NCBI RefSeq assembly: GCF_006345805.1 | Contig: NC_043018.1 | Coordinates: 2,108,001-2,172,000 of the forward strand | Direction: 5' to 3' | DNA length: 64,000 nt | From: Octopus sinensis | Lineage: Eukaryota | Shown here: in pieces, positions 54,080-64,000 of the stretch | Numbering within the stretch: the stretch's first letter is position 1 | Layout of the letters: each line of letters begins with the position of its first letter | Made by a program: the position numbers and the translations under genes | Notes under the pieces: model-generated | Told to the model about the DNA's origin: nothing | The model's input: only the letters and a program-made list of their open reading frames with translations | The model's database searches: none

Positions 54080-54462
54080 GGAGTGGCTGTGTGGTAAGTA
54101 GCTTGCTTACCAACCACATGGATATGGGTTCAGTCCCACTGCATGGCACCTTCGGCAAGTGTCTTCTACTATAGCCTCGGGACGACCAAAGCCTTGTGAG
54201 TGGATTTGGTAGGCGGAAACTGAAAGAAGCTCGTCGTATATAAGTATATATATATATATGCGCGTATATGTTTGTGTGTCTGTGTTTGTCCCCCCAACAT
54301 CGCTTGACCACCGTAACTTAGCGGTTCGGCTAAAGAGACCGATAGTATCAGTACTCGGCTTCCAAAGAATAAGTCCTGGGGTCGATTTTCTCGACTAAAG
54401 GCGGTGCTCTAGCATGGCCGCAGTCAAATGACTGAAACAAGTAAAAGAGTAAAAAAGAGAGA
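54080..54462 (+). mobile_element. Family-B SINE, full length
   Basis: Starts ggagtggctgtgtggtaagtagcttgc; complete body and tail. Confidence 0.88.
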
Positions 54463-55435
54463 ATAAAAGAAATAACCATCTTAGGTTGAATTTTCTTCTG
54501 TGAATGAAGATCTGAAGAAATTCTTCAAAATTTACCAATTGTTCTTGCTGGAGTTTGTTGCTGTTTTGTTGTTTGTTTGGGTGTGAGTCAACCCCTTTCA
54601 TGCAGGGATATCTGTGAGTCAAAACGTGTCATGCAACGATGTCAACGATATCCCATTCCTGAGCATCGGGTCTTTTATTCAGACTTGGATTTCCAAGACT
54701 GTCTTCATTGTTCAATATATTCATCTAAAAATAAAATGGTTTTCTGTGATGTGAAAACAACACGACTGCTATGTCTAGGAAATTGCGCGACCGCATAGTG
54801 ATGTTTCCTGCTAATTCGACAAATTGGGACTTTAACAATTCAATTCTTTCTTGATTTTATCAAGACTTTGTTTGTACCATCGCATATAATTATGTTCTTC
54901 TAGATTTCTTACCAAGATATAAAATTAATCATAAAAGTAGAAAACCAAGAAAAAGAAAAAAAAAAAAAAACGTCTAAAAAGAGAAACAACAAAATTGAAA
55001 AGCTGAAGTGTCACGTTTGTTGTGAAGAGAATCATCGATGTTGTTATTAAGTTCGATACAGCTGCACCTTTGGTTATTAAACCAGTTCAGTGTTCAATGC
55101 GGATGATTGGGGACCCGAAGAAATGGCAGCGAGAGGAAAAGGAATAAACATCTTCGACATACGTCAAGAGATTGCTTCACTTTCTCCAGCTCTACACCTA
55201 AACACACACATGTGTATATATTCATATATATGTATATATATATATATAATACATACATACATACATACATATATATATATGTATGTATATATATATATAT
55301 ATATATATATACATACATACACACTTACATTAATATATGTATATATATATATACATACATACCACATACATTAATATATGTATGTATATATATATATATA
55401 TATACATACATACATACATACATACATACATACAC

Positions 55436-55498
<63 letters not shown>

Positions 55499-55896
55499 TG
55501 TATGTATGTATGTATGTATCTCTGTACTATTCTTGTTAAAGAATAATGTATATTTGTGTTGTGTCTTGGGAGTGTTTTTGCGCCAATATTAATAAATTGT
55601 TGAAAAGGATGAAAATGACAGCAAAAGAACTGTGAAGAATAAAAAAATCAACAAACAAACAAACGACTGACTGTTTAACCAGAAATTCAAACACGGAATC
55701 GATTAGTTAGTTGCTTAGGTATTTAACCAGTTGGCTAAAAACAAAGGAGTGGAACTGAACCCGTGCGTGCGTTCTAAATATTGGCGTAATGACTATCCCT
55801 AGACACAACTAATTTTGCTTCAACACACGAAGTCACATTAAGAATCTTCCAAACAAAATACAAAAGCCAAATAATATATATCTACGTGCATAGTAC

Positions 55897-55934
<38 letters not shown>

Positions 55935-55983
55935 CTATATATATATATATACACACACACACCACACACCACACACATATATA

Positions 55984-56178
55984 TATCATCATCATCATCA
56001 TCGTCGTGTAACGTCCGTTTTCCGCGCTAGCGCGGGTTGGACGGTTCGACCGGGGTCTGGGAAGCCAGGGGCTGCACCAGGCTCCAGTCTAATCTGGCAG
56101 AGTTTCTACAGCTGGATGCTCTTCCTAACGCCAACCACTCCGCGAGTGTAGTGGGTGCTTTTTACGTGCCACCTGCAC

Positions 56179-56180
<2 letters not shown>
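55984..56180 (-). mobile_element. Family-E repeat with (CAT)n tail (RTE-partner SINE-like), truncated
   Basis: (cat)n-cgtcgtgtaacgtccgttttcc...ggatgctcttcctaacgccaaccact. This is a single copy in the window, called from the tail structure and the GC-rich body. Confidence 0.5.
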
Positions 56181-56222
<42 letters not shown>

Positions 56223-58050
56223 ATATATATCTATATATATATATATATATATATATTGAACAGAGATTTAGTGTCATCATAACTGTTATTCTGTACCGAT
56301 GAAGTGAAATAACCCAGAAACCATTGATACACAGATATTACTTTAGAGTTGAGTGAGGACACTAAACCTTCCTTGTTCGAAAATATAAGGACGCAGATAG
56401 TGTGTCCATAGCTAGGTGAGTAGAATGTTTCTAGGGGCTACATAAAAAAACTTAATCCTCACGAGGACTGCCACAATATGTTGGCAAATAATCTTTACTA
56501 TTTATATAAATACACACACACACACACACACTACACACACAAACACACACCCGCACACACACACACACATACACACACGCATATATATATATATGTATAA
56601 ATTCTAAAGTATCCAGCAAGCTTAACCAAATAGGCAACATTTTGCAGAAAATATACTAGACGTGAGGTTACAATATGCACCTGTTTGCTAGAAAGAGCAG
56701 TTAAAACTCTCCAAAGCCACTCATCTCTCACTACGTGCATATTCCTCTATGAAGGTTGTTTGTTGCTCAGCTCTCATTTTAGTTGAGAACCGAGATGAGA
56801 GGAATAATATGCATTAACGTACTGTTCGTGTGAAAAATCATAAATGTTAAGTTTTACTTTTAATTAATTACCCATAAGAAAACGGTATTATTTACATGTT
56901 GGACTTGATTTCTTGATCAATAAAGAACATGCCTGAAACAGCTGTAGCGAACCTCAGACAATCTGTATTATTCATTACAGTTCACCATTCTAGAAGCCTT
57001 CCCAGCGTTGAATCTTGAGCCTACAGTGGGCCGTGAAATACATGGTGGAGTAAACTCTTAGGTGACTTTACGTATACGCTATGTATCTGGTATATTCATG
57101 TGAATGTACGCCTTACGGGAAGAACAAATCCGTATTTGCCTTAGTAAGTACGTGAGTGTTCGTACACACTGTTACTGCACAGGTACGCATTATGCACACA
57201 CACGCATGCACAGGAACACTTACACACACATGTGTGTATGTCTTTACGTGTGTACTTATTCCTGCAATCAGCGCTCGACAACCGCTGTAGCTATCTTTAT
57301 GTCTCCGTAACCTATCGGATAGGCATATGAGACCGATGCAATAAGTAATAGGCTTAACAAGTAAGTCCTGGGTTTCATTTGGTTGACTAAGAAAAATAGC
57401 CCTTCAAAGTTGTGATCTAGTATGGCTGCAGTCAAATGCACTGAGACAAATAAAAGAATATAATATGGCTGCCTGTATGTGTGTATGCATGTATGCATTT
57501 ATGTATGTATGCGTTTATGTTTGAACATATAGGGTGAACTTATCGATAAAGCTTTTATCTCTTAATAACTTCGAATGAAATCCAACAGACGCATTTTCTG
57601 GGATATTCATCATAAATACTCTACGCCAGATTTGCATAATGTGGTATTAACTCGGATTTACTGATATTTGCAGTTCCTAGAATCACAAGAACCAAGGTAA
57701 AGCAACCTTCCTTGGCATTGTAATCCGTAAAGTCGTTTAGTACTTTATCCCTTTTCATACAGAGGGCATTTACCAAAGGTTTTCATTTCGTGACCATTTA
57801 GAGAAGGTATGTGATTACATCTTGTAGTATTTTATGCAACGTGGCTTTCTTTTGTGATTTAAATTCATTCACGTGACATACGATTCAACTTTGCACAAAG
57901 GCAGTTTTGCAAGCACGTCAGGTGATAACACATACCTGGTTTACTCACACATAGATGCATATTAAATGCGTATGTACACGCATATATATATATATATATA
58001 TATATACATTTGCATATATACATATATATATATATATATACATATATACC

Positions 58051-58095
<45 letters not shown>

Positions 58096-58329
58096 TGTGC
58101 ATATAGAAATTATATACACACGCCCACACACATGCACGCACAGTCACATATAAATATGTATGTATTTGTATAGATAAACTCGCATACATAATTAAAAGTA
58201 AATATTTCGCGTCTCAATAAATGTCCGACTTTCTAAATACAGTTAAATGTTTGTTGCAAAGGACACAATCACACCCGCAAGCTCACACACACTCCCAACA
58301 TACCGCCACTTGTGAGTACAAGTAATTGT

Positions 58330-59030
58330 ATACACGTACATACATACATACATACTACATATATACGTACGTACGTACATACATACTACATATATACGTA
58401 CGTACGTACATACATATACACATACATACATTCACATACATACATACATATATACATACATACATACATACATACACACATATATATACATACTACATAC
58501 ATACGTACGTACCTACATACATACATATACACATACATACATACATATACATACATACATATATACATACATACATACACATACATACATACTACATACA
58601 TACGTACGTACGTACATACATACATACATAAATACATACATACATACATATGTAATGAGACATCTGATTCGAAGACTACAGATCGAATCCATCACTGGAA
58701 CTGTAAAAATCTGTAAAAGTTTCCAGAATTTTCTTTTGGTGTAGAGACGCAACAGTAAGCATAAGAATACATACAGAAAACGAAACATGCGAATCTGCAC
58801 GTATACCTACCTACCTACCTACCTACCTACCTACCTACCTACCTACCTACCTACCTACCTACCTCCCTCCCTCCCTCCCTACCTACCTACCTACCTACCT
58901 ACCTACCTACCTACCTACCTGCCTACCTACCTACCTAACTACCTACCTACCTACATACCTACATACATAAATACATACATACATAAATACATACATACAT
59001 AAATACATACATACATACATACATACATAC
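58330..59030. repeat. (ACAT)n and (ACCT)n microsatellites
   Basis: Direct reading. Confidence 0.95.
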
Positions 59031-60252
59031 AAAATTACCCTGTTGTTGATGTTGAAATTCCAATGAAGGAGCCTTGATTCTAGAAATCAACACTTTTTCT
59101 ATTGGAAAGAAATCTTGAAACGAAACTGAACAATGACACACATTAGTGGTGCATACAAATCTTGTACTATGACTAGGAATTCAAATTTGTACCTACCATC
59201 AGGTGCATAAGATTATGCACCACAAAAAAAATTGAACAAAAACCGTAGTAGAAATACTGGATTTCACGGTAAAAGAACTGAAGAACCTGACTCAAATTCT
59301 CCACATCCAATCTATTAGTGGCACAGTATAGAGTTATAAGACATTTCAAAATTCTCCATCTGAGGTTCTTCTGTGAGTAGCTGCGTCCGCTTGTGTTTAA
59401 GCATCGAGAGGTCAGCCAACACTGTCACTCAACCACACGTTTACAAACATCGGGAACTTTCTTGACTCAAAAACACTGACCGCTTTCTTAGCGACAGGCA
59501 TTTTCCCTATCCATGTCTGACTTCCAGCACTCGCGATGCTTCTTTCAACCAAGCGGAGGTGGAGCCTGCAGTGAAAGAGATTTTCACCTCTAGCGAATCT
59601 AAGAACTGAAGGCATGGAATCTCGAAACGTGCAATCAAAAATTCAGAGAAATAGAATGAAATTCATTGAAGTTAAGCAAGATTCTCATCATCCTATATGC
59701 TGCATTTGAGCTCAAAATGCAGAATGCCGAAGCAAATTCAACATATCGGACTAGTATCGTTCTCATATCAAACTTAAGTTTGAGACTTGACGCTAACAAT
59801 AGTTTGGTTTCAAGTAAAACTGAAAAGAGTCGGACCACATAACATCTAGTATTATATCCGTGCTCCATACTATCCGAGCTCCATACAGACTGTACAAATT
59901 CTCACTCCCTACATCTTTATATATATTATATCGCAGTTAACAGGAAACTTGGTGGAAAACATCTGCAGTGCGACCGTTTAAATAAAGGGACAGATACATA
60001 CTTCATAGTTACTTTTATGTATTATGAAATGAGCGCCGACGTGGAATGGAACATGTTTTGCTTTTAGAGGCTAGAAATATGGAATACATACACACAAACA
60101 CACGCGCAAACGTAATTTTTTACATATTAGTACATATATATGTAGGTATGTGTACATGTATATTAGTATGTATGTGCATTTCTATGTATATATTCAAATG
60201 TATATTCATATACATTTTTAGGTGCATATACATCCATATATATATATACATA

Positions 60253-60289
<37 letters not shown>

Positions 60290-60839
60290 TTATTTATACG
60301 TATATGTGTGTGTGTAATATCTCTCTCTCTCTCCTCTGTATATATATATATATATATTATATATATATATATATACATATCTAAATATATGCATGAAAAT
60401 AATGAAACATAAATAAAACATATTTATATAAGTACAGAGACACAAACACACATATATACACAATTATATAAATAAATATCCATACGCACATACATGAATA
60501 CACATTTATATAGATATACGCATATACGTTGCGCGTACACCCAAAGGAAATATTATGAAATTATGCATATGGTGATGTCGAACCTGATATTTTAATCGTA
60601 AGAAATTATAGAGATTTCACCAAGCGATGCCTTAAATATTATGGTAAAAGTCATTAAAATGTCATACCTAAGCTCACGGAGTCGGAGATAGAATAAATAC
60701 ATTTTAATGTATTTGAAGATTTCTACTAAATTATTAGTGGATTCAGTCATAATTATGAATATCTTACTTATCGGAGTTTATGTGTGCATGTATGTACGCA
60801 TGTTTAGACACACACACTCACACACACACACACACACAC

Positions 60840-60907
<68 letters not shown>

Positions 60908-61048
60908 TTGTGTGTATGTATATATACATATATATATATATATGCATGCATGTGTAACAGAACGTTATAATACTATGCAAGGATAGTTTTAGCGAGAAAG
61001 CAATCAATCAATGGGTGAATATATATGCATATATACATTATATATATA

Positions 61049-61098
<50 letters not shown>

Positions 61099-61232
61099 GT
61101 GTGTGTGTGTGTGTGTGGTGTGTATAAAAATCATTACAGATATATAGGGTGAAAGATAATTAATTTAATAAAATCAACAAATTTCCTCTAGTAGTATTTC
61201 GGTAAGGAAAACGACTATATTCGGTAAAAATG

Positions 61233-61282
<50 letters not shown>

Positions 61283-61325
61283 TATATATATATATATATA
61301 TTATATATATATATATAATATATAA

Positions 61326-61830
61326 TACGTGGTCTGATTAATAAGTATCCGGACTGTTGCCATAGTAAAGAAGCTGAAATACTTAGAGTGACGCCGCTTG
61401 GCATACATTGACTGTGAACTCTGCTATACATGCGCAGTAAGTTATAACGTTCCATTTCACTTCCGCTGTATACAACAGCGATTGGAACGAACGTGTGTAG
61501 CGTGTGATCGTCGTATTGACCATGAACCTCCATGAAATTTTACCAAAAGCTTGGTGGTACCTGCTCAGAGGCCTACCCAAAATTTGCTCAAAATATATGG
61601 AGCAGAGTGTGTGAGCCTAAAAAATGTCGGTATTGACGAACGTTCTGGGAAACCCGCAACAAACAGAACTGACAAAAACACTACAGATGTGCGTGTAGCT
61701 GTGAGGGGAAATCGTCAAATCACCACCCGTGAGTAATCAGAAAGGAGATGTGCAGATTACTTAGGCTCCAGTTCTGTCCATTATCACTGAAAAATTGTCT
61801 GAGACGTCAAGGTTTTACCAAATCTGCTTT
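61326..61830 (+). mobile_element. Mariner 5' fragment with left TIR
   Basis: TIR-like tacgtggtctgattaataagtatccggact. N-terminal remnants MKFYQKLG, KIYGAECVS and DERSGKPATNRTDKNTTDVRVAVRGNRQITTRE resemble the mariner HTH region. Confidence 0.75.
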
Positions 61831-61849
61831 CATCAGACAACGCACCTAC

Positions 61850-62122
61850 TTATTCTAAGTCCCCGCACCAACTAAGTCCCCGCCGTTTTCCTAAATTTAA
61901 ATTTTTTAAAGGTTTAATAAACAATAACAACTAATTAATCAATAATGTATTCACCTTTGTTGTTTACAACTTCTTCCCAACGTTCAACAAGTTTTTCAAT
62001 ACCTCATGTGTAGAGATCACCCTATATATACACTCGAAGAATTTATCCAACCAAGCTCTCAATTCTGCATCAATATTGAAGGCAACTTCGCGCAGAGCGT
62101 TTGAAAGAGATCGAAAGCGGTA
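61850..62122 (-). mobile_element. Mos1-like mariner 3' fragment
   Basis: Minus strand FRSLSNALREVAFNIDAELRAWLDKFFE...GIEKLVERWEEVVNNKGEY, followed by a TIR-like aaaacggcggggacttagttgg. Confidence 0.75.
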
Positions 62123-62168
62123 TCTAAAAAGTTATATATATATATATACATACATATACACACACACA

Positions 62169-62212
<44 letters not shown>

Positions 62213-62239
62213 TGTATGTATATATATGCATATATAAAT

Positions 62240-62430
62240 ATATATGATGATAAGATAGGTCGTTAGCCACTACAAACATTTTTTTCTCTCCTTTTTTTTC
62301 TGTGTCCCTTTCTGTAGAAGAGCGTAGGCTCGAAACGTAAAAGAGTTTTGTATTCCTGAGCCTTATACTAACACATATGTTTGTTTTCTACACCACCTGT
62401 CTTCGTCTTTTGTTTTTGTCGTAAACTCTC
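62240..62430 (+). mobile_element. Penelope-like short repeat with a minimal hammerhead variant
   Basis: CTTT-CTGTAGA-A-GAGC-GTAG-GCTC-GAAACGTA-AAAG at 62308-62343. Confidence 0.6.
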
Positions 62431-62644
62431 CTACATATATCCCAGATATCTCGGGTGAATGATTATCCCATACTCTTGGATATCCCAGAAGCAGCTGATT
62501 TTTTTCACATAATAATAATAATAATGTATATGACTTGAAATGTTTGCCTTGCCTTAATGTTTGTTGTCCCCTTTAACAATTATATATCCGCTGCATCAAA
62601 AATTAACTCCAACCGATTATGCACATACATAGCTCGTTATCTCT

Positions 62645-62978
62645 GAGACCCCCTTCGGTCACGACACAGACCATGGGATTGCACCAAGAAAGTTACCCTC
62701 CCAGGCACAAGTCCAGGCAAGGCTGTTTATGGAAGACCAGCAGTCGCCCATGCATACCAGCCTCCCCTCTCCACGCCACCAGTGTTATCCAAAGGAAAGA
62801 CAAAGATCGATACAGCTTGGTACCTGTGACATCGCAACACATTTCTACAGCTGAGTGAACTGGAGCAACGTGAAATAAAGTGTCTTGCTCAAGAACACAA
62901 CACGCAGCCCGGTCCGGGATTCGAGCTCAGAACCTCACGATCGTAAGTTCGACGCTCTAACCACTGAGCCATGCGCCT
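62645..62978 (-). mobile_element. Family-C SINE, full length with tRNA-like head
   Basis: Minus-strand head aggcgcatggctcagtggttagagcgtcgaacttacgatcgtgaggttctgagctcgaatcccggacc has A and B boxes but no proper acceptor stem or tRNA 3' end, and continues into the SINE body. Confidence 0.88.
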
Positions 62979-63905
62979 TATAGATTACTTATATAATGTT
63001 CTATGTAGTGCACTTAGTAAGGTTCTAGTGGTCTGCACAGCAGGAGTAAAATGTAGAAAATCTAGCAAAATTTGGAATGTGTGTAATTTGCAAAGCATGC
63101 GTATTTCTTTTCAATTCGGTCACAAATGTTGTTCTCAAAAAAAAAAAAAAATGTTGCCTGTTTTCTTCTCCAACGAATAGCTCAGAATATTCAGCTACTA
63201 TATAAAATATATTTTACTTACGCCGGGAATTAGCTTCATTTCTTACTCACATCAATATCATTCTAAAAAACGTGTAAAAATTTGTATTTCATTCTCAAGA
63301 CGGGTGTCGTAAAAATTTTGATGTCTTTCGTTGCGTTCTCCTTAAATTATTATTTATTAACTAGACAGCATCAGGTTAACTGTAAAATATATGCCAACAT
63401 GGCGGTACACTATTGTATAAGCATTATTTATCAGGGATTATAGAGTAGCTTGATAGGTTGGGCTTATATTCGTCGAAGGGGTCAGATATTGTTTTCAGTG
63501 TGCGATCAATAGCAGATATTCTGGCTCAATTCTACATTGTAATAAAATAGATCGATTGTGCTTAGAATACTCTTCGATCTAACGGGAACATAAGTTAATA
63601 TATCTATCTATCTCTCTCTCTCCCTCTACACACACACACATATGCATACATACATATATATATGTGTATATATAAATAGGTATATATATATGTGTGTGTA
63701 GGTGTGTGTGTATATATATATGTATATATATATATGTGTATATATAAATAGGTATATATATATATATGTATGTATGTAACATCCCATCCATCTATCTCTT
63801 TGTCCGTCTATCTATCTACCACCTAAATCTCTCTTTGTCTATCAATATATCGTGTATATATGTCTGTATATATATATATATATAATATAGTATATATATT
63901 TATGA

Positions 63906-63951
<46 letters not shown>

Positions 63952-64000
63952 ATATATTATATATATATATATATATACGCACACATATGTTAAGTATATA

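Noticed and set aside
55163-55197. Possible 35-bp minus-strand exon (tttAG ... GTATGT) encoding [12 protein letters not shown]
   Set aside because: Good splice-like words and one open frame, but too short to support without transcript data; such matches are expected by chance in 64 kb.
55090-55205. VFNADDWG...LHLN, reminiscent of YdjC-type deacetylases
   Set aside because: Motif spacing is far too short, there is no splice donor, and the frame runs into a microsatellite.
56290-56330. Hammerhead-like words CCGATGAAG...GAAAC after a (TA)n tract
   Set aside because: Stems II and III cannot be formed convincingly; at best a heavily decayed copy.
59412-59868. Two adjacent minus-strand ORFs with hydrophobic, GPCR-like appearance
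   Set aside because: No recognisable GPCR motifs, no consistent frame or splice junction.
62900-62978. tRNA-like sequence with a TAC anticodon-like loop
   Set aside because: No acceptor stem or proper 3' end; it is the head of a family-C SINE present in three copies.

Overview
AT-rich, repeat-saturated eukaryotic DNA. The SINE families, transposon relics and compound microsatellites point to a coleoid cephalopod, most likely Octopus; this is an inference and no database was searched. No intact protein-coding gene is recognisable, and almost all long ORFs in the supplied track are microsatellite translations. The window holds tRNA-derived SINEs of several families, decayed DNA transposons (Tc1, several mariners, a hAT/Charlie-type transposase, two Helitron-like non-autonomous copies) and LINE fragments (BovB-like RTE, L1/Tx1-like, R4/Dong-like). 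The most interesting signal is RNA-level. Two unrelated-looking head-to-tail tandem arrays (558-bp monomers at 28.9-30.6 kb and ~470-bp monomers at 32.4-33.4 kb) each carry one type I hammerhead ribozyme fold per monomer, which is the architecture of non-LTR retrozymes / Penelope-like repeats that make circular RNAs. At least four more dispersed repeat families in the window carry intact or variant hammerhead motifs, and a ~590-bp spacerless foldback lies between the two arrays. All RNA structures were assigned by eye. Homopolymer-type indels between tandem copies suggest imperfectly polished long-read sequence, so single-base lesions should be treated with caution.
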